A DNA stretch of 62,454 nt, the filler included, from Sphacelaria rigidula (taxonomy: Eukaryota), in assembly GCA_964200075.2 (NCBI GenBank). It is 10 parts of 10 records of this genome, joined end to end, with 100 filler letters (N's around TTAATTAATTAA, not from the genome) between each part and the next. Parts side by side here need not be neighbours in the genome. Positions count along the whole stretch, not along the records: positions 31,281 to 37,435 come from CAXNAA020021893.1; positions 37,536 to 43,690 come from CAXNAA020021894.1; positions 43,791 to 49,945 come from CAXNAA020021895.1; 7 more parts are not named here. The stretch is one strand, 5' to 3'. Below, piece after piece: positions 35,984-48,560 of the stretch; position 1 is the first letter of the stretch, and each line of letters opens with the position of its first letter. The translations under genes were made by a program, and so were the position numbers. The notes beneath the pieces were generated by a model. That model worked only from the letters and a program-made list of their open reading frames with translations, searched no databases and was not told where the DNA came from.

Positions 35984-37937
35984 GGTATCACGTCGCAAGT
36001 AACCTTGCGTAGAGACGCACAGGCAGAACGCCATTTGTTTTTTGTTTTTTGAGACGGACCGAATCACATGGGCACATCGCTCACCGACCGATACACAACC
36101 ACCAAAAAGCGGTGTCATTAGGAGGACTACAGTGGATGGCCCTTTTTAAGGCACCCCTGGGGCGTCCGAAGAAGTGTGCCCTTAAAAGGGCACGTGCCTT
36201 ATGGTGAAAGTGGCCCCTTTGAAGGCACACGGGCCAAACTTGCAGGCAGCGTGCAACTGCATCGTCAATGTGGAGCATAATGAAATAATGGAGACTTCTC
36301 AGAGCACAGAGGTTTCTAAGTATGGTGTTTTATGTGATCGTTATATTATGTAATCAGTATTAATATTATACAGACAACAGCGGGTTCGAAGCGAATCAGT
36401 AATGTGAGGAAATCAATCGATCAATCAGGCAAGTACTGACTTTATACTGCACTGCTCCTTAGGTAAGCTCACTCCGTACAGTACAACATCAAGCATATCC
36501 CTACGCAGTACAGAGACAGGACAACAAAATCAGCGACGACGACCCCAAGGCGAGAAACATGAACGCAGTGTCCAACAGGGACTCACAAGCGAACCCCTGC
36601 AACTAAAATGCTACGATGGCAACAACAACATTCCAAATTCGTGAAAAAGCCTCAGACCAGACAGCACCACCGACGCGAAATGGATACCAAACAACGTGCC
36701 AAACCACATTTCCTACACAGGGCGACCAAGAAACACAGTTCAGCAAACCCCGCTCCGGTTTTCAAGAAGAAACTCCGCAGAAGAAGCTGCGCATATCGGT
36801 ATGTGGAGAGGGCGGCATGGCGTATGCTTCGATAAAAGCCATCTTGGCCTTGCGAATCGCCGAGAACGAATCCTCAATTTCACACCGTTCAACACACTCC
36901 TAGAAAAATCAACTGGTGGTGGGAAACTATATGGTACGGGGGTGGTGCAGTGTTCCTCGTCTGGCTTTCCTCGTCGGGATTTACGATCGCAATTTCTTCG
37001 TCGTTCTCTTCTTCCTGAACACCATTCTGCACGCGGTCCATGAGATCCTCACGTGCGTCTCTCATCAACGCTTCCCTGACTTCAGCGTCGTCCTCGACCG
37101 TTGCCCACGTCTAAGCCGCGACGATTGCGGTGGGGCTAGGTGTTTGACCCGGGGACAGGTCGAGCGACGCTAATACCCCGACCAGCTCCTCATCTTTCAC
37201 CGGCTGCCCCGAACCCGTCTCATCTCTGATCCCCAAGCTCAAGTTGCCAAGAGCCTCCTCGAGGGCCAGCACGTTAAGGCCTCGGTTTCCCGTACGAACA
37301 CCACGTCCTTCGGCTCCTGCCACGGTGGCCTCCATCTCGGCGGGTAGTGTCTTGGCTTTCAATCAACACCTGTGTGCGCCCGGGGGGTGGTTGTACTCAT
37401 GATCATGCATGCGATAGTCATCAGACCATTGACCTNNNNNNNNNNNNNNNNNNNNNNNNNNNNNNNNNNNNNNNNNNNNTTAATTAATTAANNNNNNNNN
37501 NNNNNNNNNNNNNNNNNNNNNNNNNNNNNNNNNNNATAATCGTTAGGAGCCCCTGAACCAGACAAAATTTCGCGAAAAAAGTGCACCCCTACCGTAGCAT
37601 TGCTCCTTCTCGTTGTTGTTATCGCATTTTTTCATTTCGCTTCACGTGTAGAAGTTCCCTCCCTAAATCAGCCACCTCTTTTGGGGGGGCTATCGTAAAA
37701 AGTGTCGTATCGGTGCCGCTACATAACCGTAGACCGTGGTGTTCCCCATTTCCCGCTTATTCATGGCCAACGGGTATGGGTATCCGGTAGACAATCCAAT
37801 ATGATAAGAAAGAATACTCTTCTAACACCCGCCTCGTGGCTATCTCTCTGGATTCCCCTCTTCCTCGCTGCTTGTCTGTCTGTCTGTCTGTCTCTGTCTT
37901 CTGGACGACACCGACAAAAACCCAGCCCGAACTAAAG

Positions 37938-38312
37938 ATGGACATCTTGGGTACCCTTGTGGGTGGGCAGGGTGGATGCGCCGCCGACGGCACCACCAAC
38001 GCCGGCCGCAACAATAACCCCATCTCTCGTCTGGTAGATACCCTCATGGAAGGCTCCGCCGGAGCTTCGCAGCATAAGGGTCTACCTCGCCGCGCGGCCA
38101 TGCCAGGCCCTCCGCCAGGAGCTATGGCAGCGGGGCCTCGCGCGCACGGGCCTGCAGCGGCGGCGGCGGCGGCGGCGGCGCACGCGGAGCATATGGCCTC
38201 ACGTGATGCAGGCTTGGCGGGACCTATGGGCCCTGGGGCAGGCAGGTGGATGGGGCACGGGCCGGCGCCGGGGTTTGCTGGACATCTTGAAAAGCAGGGG
38301 TTCGCGCAGCAG
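37938..38312 (+). CDS. PEX5: Peroxisomal targeting signal 1 receptor PEX5, exon 1
   Basis: MDILGTLVGGQGGCAADG...NNPISRLVDTL has the conserved N-terminal Cys and NP motif of PEX5. Donor CAG|gtaggg, phase 0. Confidence 0.8.
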
Positions 38313-38984
38313 GTAGGGTGGTTTATGTTAAAATTCAAGTGTTTGTGGGAGGATCAGGCAGGTTTCTTTGTTCTTCACTTGAGATCATGTGGTCTCTTCT
38401 ACCGTGCAAGTTCGTCGCGACTGGCTAAATGCGGAGTGTTTTTTCACGTTTGGTTCAAGGTTGGTGACGTTGCAGCATGTGCGAACTGATTCACGCAATG
38501 GGAGGTGGCTGGTTCCCTCTAACGTTGAGGGGGTTACTCCGTTTGCTATTTGCGAGTATGTATGCGGAATGCGCGATGGCTATAATGGTACCAAAGGCTG
38601 TACAGCGAGACTACTGCTGTGATATGAATCCTACAAGTAGTGCGGGTTTGGACATGACACTGAGGCTAACATGAAACACTTTTTTATTGTTCTGACTGTA
38701 AACTGGGTTGACCGTCGCACATCAAGTGATTCCCGAGGGGCTCAGCCGTGGTCACAAGATGGACGTACAGTACCACAATTGAGCAAAACTCATGTACTGC
38801 TGTATTGTATAGGATGGTCTAACTTTTGAGGGCTGAGAGTGTCTTCCGCGATGCCTCACTCGGCGTTTGAGATTGAGTACAACCTGAGTCGCAGCGATTC
38901 ATACACAGCGAGAAAAAATGGAGGTGGGTTAACCGGAGTTGGGCTACACTCTGCCCATGGTTGATACATATCACAACTATCGCT

Positions 38985-39020
38985 CACCCTAACCCTAATC
39001 CTAACCCTAACCCTTAACCC
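38985..39020. repeat. Interstitial telomere-like (CCCTAA)n
   Basis: CACCCTAACCCTAATCCTAACCCTAACCCTTAACCC. Confidence 0.7.
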
Positions 39021-40257
39021 AGCGAAAGGCATGCCGAGAACCCTCGGGCAAGAGAGGTGCATAGAGTTTCCCACGCAAAGTGCGGCGTTGGTAGACCTCA
39101 AAACGGCGCCGATTTCGACGAAACCGCGTTCGTTCTGCGCACGCGATTATAGGAGCACACGGGACTGTCAAGGCCCACGGAAGATCCGATTTTCGTTGTT
39201 AACACTCGAATCAAGTAGTCCAAATTTGTAGCCCAAATCCGCTTAAATATCCTGGAATAGTAAAACAGATAAAGCAGAATACAGAACGTTACCGTTTTGT
39301 TCATGGCACACGAGAAGTTGGCGAATGTGACGTTTACACTGAAACGAGATGAAGGTTGATTTTTTGGCACGTTTCCGATGGTTTTCAGAGAAAGCTTGAA
39401 GAGGAAACATGCTCTAAAAGTGCGGGGGTAAACGATGCCGTCGTGTAGCTGGGGTATGTGAGGAACACGCACCCACGTTGGTGAAAGGAAATTGACTCCC
39501 CCCCCCCGGTTTTCGTAAGACAACTTGATGGGTTCAGGTGCAGATGTGTTCTTGGTCGCGGAGAACACACATGAAGAATGCAAGTGCATAGTCCACATGG
39601 TGAAAGTTGGTTGCTCCAGAACCAAGAGGCGTGTTGACCAAGTCTAGCTTTCACGTCTTCAACCCTTTTGGATGATTGTTTTTGTGAATCGGCATCATTT
39701 TGACTTGAGAATAACTGAAAATAATGCCGATTCACAAAAAAATAATCGTCAATGGGTTCCAAAAGGGTTAACGTGATGGTTTCCTCGCTGGCAACCGAGG
39801 GGTATGGCAAAATAGACGAGGGTGTGCCCTGACTTCGTCTCGCTTATGGACCACAGGAAATAAACGTATTTTTTCATGGGACTGCAACCGAGGTGGTACT
39901 TGAAATTTCGAGGAGAGGTGAGCATCGACCATTTGAAGGCCATAATCACTGCTACTTCTTTTTTGTGTTAGAGGCCATTTGATGATTATCCGAAAAGAAA
40001 AAATCTGCTTTTATCTCCCGTATTGAAAGAAGAAAACAGCGCTCATGACGGCCATGAAATGGTCGATGCGCACCTCTCCTGAAGATTTCGGGTCCTAACT
40101 CTCAAAACTCGAGTGAAAAATCCAAGATATTTATATTGTGAAGGCCTTGGAAATCTCACAAGTTTTTAGACGTTCCCCCAGAAACATTTGTTATTTGCGT
40201 ACCGTTCGAACGAAGATGAGTTGGGTGCATAAACGGGTATCGATGCTTTCGGCTGGG
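39018..40257. mobile_element. Possible piggyBac-like non-autonomous element in the PEX5 intron
   Basis: ttaa-CCCAGCGAAAGGCATG at left and imperfect GATGCTTTCGGCTGGG at right; the right TTAA is not preserved. Confidence 0.35.
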
Positions 40258-42561
40258 TGTCAGCAACGCGCGCACCACTATTCAGTGCAATCTAGCATGA
40301 ACTCAATTATGTCAACTTTTGCATCAATCCGTCCCCTAACTCCCGCCAGGAAGCTGTATTAGATATGTTATCAAAGGCGCAATATGGCCTGCCGAAAATA
40401 CCGAGTATTCCAGAGTGCCCAAAGTGTTGCAGAGGCCGAAATACTGAACATTCCGGAGTATAAAAAAGTATTGCAGACCGAAATACTGGGTACCCGCACC
40501 CGTACTGTGTAGCGTGTCTTAAGCATCTTTGGATGGTTTAGTACGAAAGGATGGAAGTGCCCGAATCATCAATCGGATTGCGCGGCTTACTCCGGGGCGG
40601 TCATATACGGTGCTACAGTTATTTTGCAGAATATGGCTGGAAATGAAACATGTAAAACAGTACTCAGGGGTACTGCAGTACATCTTTCCCTGTTGAGAAT
40701 CTAAATTTCCTTGCTTGAACGGTTCATACCCGTTCCAATGGACGATTTGTTTCCTCGAAAACCATCCGTCCCTTGACGACTTTCCGTGGGCGCTGAAAAA
40801 AACGGTGTAACTGTTCCTCGTCATATCTTAAGGAAGACCGTGCCAACGCTTTCCCTGACTGGTTCAGAGCCCCTGTGTATGAGAGAGAATGGATATGCTT
40901 CGGAAAACTATACGATGAGAGCCAGCATACTGTTGTATTGTACTATTGATAATAGGAGCTATAAGGTTTGCAGGCAGGAGGCTCACCTACCTGGTGGAAG
41001 CTGCTACATATAGTGTGCAATAGATGGAGCTGTGTCTCTCCCGCACACCTTCTCCTACGAAATGCTGAACACTACTGCAAGTAAGTGATGAAGCACATCT
41101 TCTGCATATATATATATATATATATACACATGGTTGTGCAAAGGTACGAAAATGACGGGGGGTGTCCATGTGTGCTGTTTTTTTTTGCTACCTCATCTGC
41201 GGGTTGTCAATAAAAAAACACGGGTCGCAACTACGCTGCACGATCCAGTGATGCAGCCCACCCCGAAACCAATTCCCAACTCTGCCAGGAAGAAAGTGAT
41301 TATACAAGGCGTGATAGCTGATTCAAACTGGATGAAGCGCCCATGAGAGGCGCTTCAGGCGAAACAACCCCAAGCGTGGGAGTTTCCACCATCTTGCTTT
41401 GTGTGTGTGTCCAGTTTTGGTTTTGTTCGTTTCGCCCGACTGACTGTATTTCCCCCCGGGGCTGCCAGCAGCTTAGTAGACGTTACAGAGGTGCGGTAGC
41501 TCACAATCTTGTCTGCGCAGCAGGCGAGTATCTCGCTGCTACATTTTCCCTGCTCTTCACTTCGAAAATATGCATGCACGCAAACGGCCAGCACCGTAGT
41601 TGCGTCAGCGGCAGTTGCGCGACGGGGACATCGCCCTGTTGCGTGTTCTGTAGCGCTTAGAGACACGGACTGTTGAAAAAATGCCGCACCATGAAGGTGG
41701 TTCTTCTTTTGAACTGCTCATCATAATTAGGCTGCCGTTTAGAAGCTTCTGGGTTAGGGTTGCATGGCCGAAACTGCTTGCGTATCCCGAGCCTATTGGA
41801 CGAAACAAATGAAGTTTCGATGGCGACTTCAATCTCTCCCAAATTATGAACCTCAAATTCGATTCCATGCTGTCACAATTTGGTGTCCGGCGTTTAAGGG
41901 GAGAGGACATGAGTTGCGAAGAAATTCCACGAAAGTCGACGCCTTGCGGGAATATTCTCAATAACAGGCGATCAAGCAGGCCTCGAGGAAGAGGCGGGTT
42001 GATCCTCGAGACTGCGCATCAATCTCAAGAGAAAGTAGGGGTTAACTGTGTGACGAAAAAACAGCAAAGAACAATGAACTACCATCCTTGTCGCCTAGTC
42101 AGCGTAGCTGGAATCAGACCCATGTGCAGACAGTAGCTTCAGAACGAATTCCATCTCTTGAGTATCAAAATCCACAGTAGTGCAGTGTTACTGGTGAAAT
42201 GGGCTGTACCGCACATGAGTGGCGGTAGTAGGAGCAGTACTTTCATATAAAGTTCGCTAATAACACGTACCCCGATCGTACGTGACACCATTCAAGGGAC
42301 AGTGAACACATATACACCACACCACACCGTAAAGGTACTGCCTAGAAACGGCAGCACGCAACAAATTTCTTGTCGAAAACAGTATAGATAGTATAGTACT
42401 GACGATTCAGCTACGGCACAACAGTACTGTACCGTACATGTAGCAACGAGCACCATAAGAAAACGCCATGTCTCCCTTAAACCTAACCTCCCCCTCCCTC
42501 CTCCGACCTCAACTCCTTCTCGACACCCCCCAATCCCCGCTCTTTTCAACACATCGAACAG

Positions 42562-42909
42562 CAAGCCGATAAATGGGCAGGCGAATTCGGAGGCGCAGGA
42601 CCGGGTCCCCACCCCCACCAGCAGCTCCCGCCACACCCGCGAGATTTCGAAGGAGCATGGGGGGACGCGCAACACCGCCCGCCGATGCCGCATCCCCACA
42701 TGGTGGAGGCTTGGGCAAACGATTTCCACGGGCCCATGGGGGCGGGTGCGGGTGCGGGACAATTCGGGCCAATGAACATGCCGCATCCTGCCGAGATGGA
42801 GGCGGCATGGGCGGCTCAACAACATCAGCGTGAGCTGCAACATGGGGGGATGGCGGGGCCATTTCATGGGAACATGCGAGGCGCCGGGGGGGCGCATCCT
42901 CATGACCAG
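42562..42909 (+). CDS. PEX5: PEX5, downstream exon with WxxxF motifs
   Basis: Acceptor gaacag|; QADKWAGEF...VEAWANDF...MEAAWAAQ (Pex14-binding WxxxF/Y motifs). Probable GC donor CAG|gcgagt. Confidence 0.8.
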
Positions 42910-44031
42910 GCGAGTTTTTTTTTAATTCGTGGTCGGGGTTCGGTATCAGTGTATTTTCGAAGAATGTAGATAACGTGAGCCAAGAAATTTCGAGGCTACC
43001 TGCTGAGTGGTTGGGGCGTTTTCGATCTAGTATCAGGACGTGTGGGGTTAATCTAGCCACTTCTGTTGACGCTGGCGTACCTTCAAGCCCTCTTTGCTGT
43101 ATGTAAATCTTGCAATATTCGCTAGTGGTCATGATTGGCTTTGACGCTTGCGGCTGACGCACCAAGTCATTTTGAGGTCTTGATCGTGAAATCAAACGTA
43201 CTGTCTGGACCAAATCACGGGCACCTTCAAACTGTGGACATGGTTGGCCAACAAGGCATGACCAAAAGCGACGCGTGAGGGGCTGATCCCCTTCGACCAC
43301 CAAGGCAGCTTTCGTTTCGATCACTCACGTGTGTCATGCACCACTTGTAACGTGATGCTCACTACCAATAACCTCTATGATCTTACAGTGAGTAATCCAC
43401 ACACACTTCGCCGCGAAATTATTGAAAGCACCGTTCGTACGTCTCTTGTGGTGTGTCCGTACCATGAGTATGTTCTCGCGTGTCTTCACGTTTGCTCGAG
43501 TGCTGTTGGGGCCAGCTTGGTCTCAGGGTCTATTTTACTTGCTACAGAGCACACGAGGGGTAGATCGTGCAATCTACGTACAGGTGCCGTCAGCCGGGGT
43601 GACATTGTAGTGTTTTGCTACGAGCTGGGGCCAGCCTAGAGGCTGCATGAACGTTTGCAGGCGGATGCGCCGGCCAATATTTGGAGTTAGNNNNNNNNNN
43701 NNNNNNNNNNNNNNNNNNNNNNNNNNNNNNNNNNTTAATTAATTAANNNNNNNNNNNNNNNNNNNNNNNNNNNNNNNNNNNNNNNNNNNNTCTAGAATCG
43801 TTAGGAGCCTCTGAACCAGACAAAATTTCGCGAAAAAAGTGCACCCCTACCGTAGCATTGCTCGCCAAGGGAAATATGCCAGATCTCGACCGCTCATAGG
43901 TACCTCTATTAGCTTAGCCGCACTCACCTTGTCAGTCAACGTTGGCCCACAGCATCATCGAACCACACCAATGCTACACAATGTCGTTTACATGTCGGCA
44001 TACGACGGCGGCAAGTTCCAACGGTTCTCAC

Positions 44032-47000
44032 CTGAGCTTCCAACAACCCCGCCCGACTACGCAGGGTTGCAGCCAAGCCAGGATGCTTTGGGCCGAAAAT
44101 CTTCTGCTGCATCGCCTGGCACCGCTCGTAGAGCGGCTCCGCTTCGGCGTACTTGCCCTGCAATGTCGTTAAGGACGCAGACGCAGCGTGAAACGGTCGA
44201 TGTCGGACCTAGCGCGGCGGTGAGGCGCTCGCGCCATCACCCCGCTCAGGTGTGCAGGTGTGCAGCCGGCGAGCGATGTTAACAGGGCCAAGAGTATTGT
44301 GTCCGATCTCGACGGCTTAGAGATATGGGTTGGCCTCGCCGCACTCACCCTCTCAGATAGCGTTGACCACACCGGACCAGCGAGGAGCGTCAACACCACA
44401 CAAGACCGTTCACACGTCGACACACGATTACCGTGAAGACACATCGGTTCCCACCTGAGCTTGCAACAATCTCGCACGGCTGTGTAGCGTTGTGGCCAAC
44501 TTTGGGTGCTCCAGGCCGAGAACCTTCTCCTCGATCGCCTGGCACCTTTCGAAGAGTGACTCAGCCTCAGCGTACATTCCCTGCAATGTAGTACATGACG
44601 CAGAAGTAGCCTGTAACGGTCCAAGTCGGACCCACTACGGCGGCGAGACGCTCTCGCAACCACCCTGCTCCGGTGGGAAGCTCGCGAGCGATATGTGTAC
44701 ACACCCAAGGATACTGTGCCCAGTCTCGATGGCTCAGTGGGCCAACGGGTTCGCCTCACGTCACTCGCACCCTCAGTCAGCGTTGGCCAACAGGACCAGC
44801 GAACACCATCAACACCATACGAAGTCGCTCACACGCCGACATGTGACCATGAGAAAGGTACATCGGCTCTTACCTGAGCCTGCAGTAACCCCGCCCGGTT
44901 GTGAAGAGTTGTGGCCAGGGTTGGGTGCTCCGGCCCGAGAACCTTTTCCAGCATCGCTTGGCACCGCTCGTAGAGCGCCTTTGCGTCCGTATACTTGCCC
45001 TGCAATGTAGACACGCAGAAGCAGCCTACGACAGTCGGCGTCAGACTGAAAACACCGGCGGGACGTTCGCGCCACCGCCCCGCCCAGGTGTGTAGCCAAC
45101 GAGCGATGTGTGTACGCGGCCAAGAGGACGTACTATGTTCGATCTCCACGGCTCAGAGATATGAGGGGTTGGCATTGCCGCACACACCCCCTACGTTGAC
45201 GTTGACCCGCAGGACTAGCAAACAATATCGAAACCACAAAGTATCATTTCCATGCCAAATAATCCGACAACGAGAAAGTTTCATGGGCTATCACCTGGGC
45301 TTGTAACAACCCCGCACGGCTGTTAAGTATTGTGGCCAAGCTTGGGTGCCCCTGGCCGAGCACTTTCTCATCGATCGCCTGGCACCGCTCGTAGAGGGGC
45401 TCAGCCTCGGTGTACTTGCCCTGTAATGTCGTGCACAAGGTAGAGGCAGCCAACAACAGTCGAATTCGGACTCGCCACGGCGACGAAATGTTCCCGCTAC
45501 TGCCCAGCCTTGGTGCGCAACCAACGAGCGATGTTTGAACAGGGTCAAGGGTACTACACCCAATTTTGACCGCTCAGAGGTATGAGGGATTGGCCTCGCC
45601 GCATTTGCCCTCTGAGTCAACGTACGTCAACAGGACCAACCAACAACATCAGCACCACACAATGCCTTTCATACATCGACACACAAATGAGAAATATTTT
45701 CATTGGCCCTCACCCGATCTTGCAACAACCCCGCACGGTTGTGGAGCATGGCGGCCACACTCGGGTGCCTCGGACCGAGAGCCTTCTCCTTCACCGCCTG
45801 GCACCGCTCGTAGAGTGGCTCGGCCTCGGCGTACTTGCCCTGCAATGTAATACATGAGACGGGAGCAGCCTAAAACAGTAAACGGTATACCTTGAGAGGT
45901 GGTGGGACGTTCGGGCCACCGCTCCGCCTAGGTGTGCAGCAGGTGAGCGCTGCGTGTACAGGGCCAAGGGTACCATGCCGTGTCTCGACGGCTCAGAGGT
46001 GCGGCAGGTTGGCATTGTCGCACTCACCCTCTCAGTCAACATTGGCCCACAGGGCCAGCAAGCAACATCTACACCACACAATGTCGTTCACACATCGACA
46101 CACGACTAGGAGGAAGTTCCGTCGGTTTTTACCTGAACTTGCAACAAACCCCGCAAGTTGTGACCCAACAGAGGCAGCGAGACTCGTTCGCTACCACCCC
46201 ACCGACCGCTATGAGTATGTGTACAGGATCGAGGACACTGTGCCCGATCTTGACGGCTCAGAAATACAACAGGTTGGCTCCATGGCACTCACCCTCTAAG
46301 TCAACGATGGCCCACAAGACTATGAACAGCGCACAACATCAACACCACACGATGTCGTTCGAATTTTGACACACAACCACGAGAGAGTGTCAACGGCTAT
46401 CGCCTCAAGCTTCAACAACCCCGCACGGTGATAAAACGTTCTAGTTTAGTCAGAATTCGTCGGGTCGCGACCCTATCCCTATCCCTATCCGTAACCCCGA
46501 CCCTAAACATCACCGCCCTAGCCGTGACCCTAGCCCTAAATCCTGCATCGCCTGGCACCTGAGCTTGCAACAACCCCGCACGGCTTCCCAGCGTTGCCGC
46601 CAATGCTGGGTGCTCCGTCCCAAGAAGCTTCTCCTGCATCGCCTGGCACCACTCGTAGAGTAGCTTAGCCTCGGCGTACTTGCCCTGCAATGTAGGACGT
46701 GAAGCAGTCTGTAATAGTCAACGTCGGACCAACAACGGTTGCGAGACGCTCGCTTCACCGCCCCACCTAAGTGTGCAGCCGGCGAGCGATGTCTGAATAG
46801 GCTCAACATTACTATGTCCGACCTCGACGGCTCGAAGGTTCAACGGGGTGGTCTCGCCGCATTCATCCTGTCAAAGTTGGCCCACAGGACCAGCGCATGA
46901 CGTCCACGCAGCGCAATGCTGTTCACGCGTCAGCAAAAGAGTACGACGATGTTATATCGGCTCTCACCCGGGCTTGCAACAACTTCGCACGGCTATGAAG

Positions 47001-48383
47001 TGTGGCGGCGAAGACTGGGTGCTCCGGACCGAGAACCTTCTCCCTGATCACTTGGCACTGCTCGTAGAGTATCTCAGCCTCGTCGTACTTGCCCTGAATA
47101 TACCCCAGCGCGTCACGTGTCGACAGTCAAGATGCAGTTCACGACACAGAAACAGCCCATAAGAGCCAACGTCGGATCTACAACGACGAGGAGACGCTTG
47201 CGCAACCGCCCCGACCTGAGGTGCTGTCAATGAGCGCTGTGTTTACAGGGCCAAGGGTACAATGCCCGATACCGATGGCGAAGAGGTACGACGGGCTGGC
47301 AATGCAGATCCTGTCGGTTAACGTTAACCCAGAGGACTAGCGACCAACATCAGCACTCACTACACAAAGTCGTTCATACGTCGAGATACTTCTACAACAA
47401 AGTTCCATCGATTCTCACCTGAGCTTGAAACAACCCCGCACGGTTGTCAAGCGTCGCGGCCAAACTCACGTGCTCCGGGCCAAGAAACTTCTCCTCGATC
47501 GCATGGCACCGCTCGTACAGTGGCTCCGCTTCGGCGTACTTGCCCTGCAATGTAGCTAAGGACACAGAAGCGCGTATAGGGGTCAATGTCGCACCTACAA
47601 CGGCGGCGAGGCGCTCGCGCCATCACCCCGCTTACGTGTGCAGGTGTGCAGCGGGCGAGCGATATTTGTGTACAGGGTCAAGAGTACTGTGTCCAATGTC
47701 GACAGCTCAGAGGTATACCGGGTGGACCTAGCCGCACTCACCCTCTCAGTCAGCCTTGGCACGCAGGACCCGCGAGAAACACCAACACCATACGATGCCG
47801 TTCACACGTCGACACGCGACTGCGAGAAAGCCACACCGGCTCTCACCTGAGCTTGCAACAAATGCGCACGGCTTCTCATCGTTGCGGCCAAATCAGGATG
47901 ATTCAGGCCCAGAACTTTCTCCTGTATCGCCTGGCACCGCTCGTAGAGTAGCTCAGCCTCGGTGTACTTGCCCTGCAATGTAGTACACGGCGCAGAAGCA
48001 GCGTATAACAGTTACCGTCGGACACACAACAGCGGCGAGCTGCTCGCACCACGGCCCCGCCCAGGTGTACAGCTGGCAAGCGCTCTATGTACAGGGTCGA
48101 GGGTACAATACCCAATCTCGACCGCTCAGAGGTACAACGACCTGGCTCCGCCGCACTCACCTTCTCGGCTACCGTTGGCCCACAGCACAAGCACAATAAA
48201 AATCAGAGTATCGTTTACAGTAGCACCCGACAACGGTAATGTTCCATCTGTTTTCACCTGAACTTCCAACAACCCCGCGCGATTGCAGACCGTGGTGGCC
48301 AGGCTTGGGTGCTCCGGGCCGAAAACATTCTCTTTGATAATCTGGCATCGCTCGTAGAGAGGCTCAGCCCCGGCGTACTTGCC
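44032..48383 (-). CDS. Kinesin-light-chain-like TPR array, one 126-bp phase-0 exon per 42-aa repeat (probable NB-ARC-TPR type gene fragment)
   Basis: Ten intact exons: 48258-48383, 47847-47972, 47419-47544, 46968-47093, 46559-46684, 45714-45839, 45295-45420, 44874-44999, 44455-44580, 44032-44157. Each is flanked by cag| and |gt; consensus GKYAEAEPLYERCQAI.EKVLGPEHP.LA.TL..RAGLLQAQ. Two broken units at about 46133-46162 and 46404-46558. Confidence 0.92.
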
Positions 48384-48484
48384 CTGGAATAGAAACGACA
48401 GCGAGAGACGAATCTCAGTCCGACTAAGATTTGAGTTGGGTTATGGTGAAAGTACGTTTGAGATAACTCCACCCTTTCGTTAAA

Positions 48485-48560
48485 TCATATGGCGAAACGG
48501 GGATGCCCCGGGCCAAGGGATCCCTCTGTAATGCTATATCGCTTTGGCACGCACTCGAGC
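48485..48560 (-). pseudogene. Highly degenerate TPR exon remnant
   Basis: ITEGSLGPGHPRFAI* resembles EK.LGP.HP.LA. Confidence 0.4.

Noticed and set aside
38985..39020. True telomere
   Set aside because: Only about five imperfect units, inside a PEX5 intron.
44340..44356. Conserved internal GTGAGT donor-like site in the TPR introns
   Set aside because: Explained as codons GGT GAG TGC of the fossil TPR exon, and lost in several units.
37938..48383. TPR exons as the C-terminal TPR domain of PEX5
   Set aside because: Different contig, opposite strand, and 42-aa kinesin-light-chain-type repeats rather than PEX5-type TPRs.
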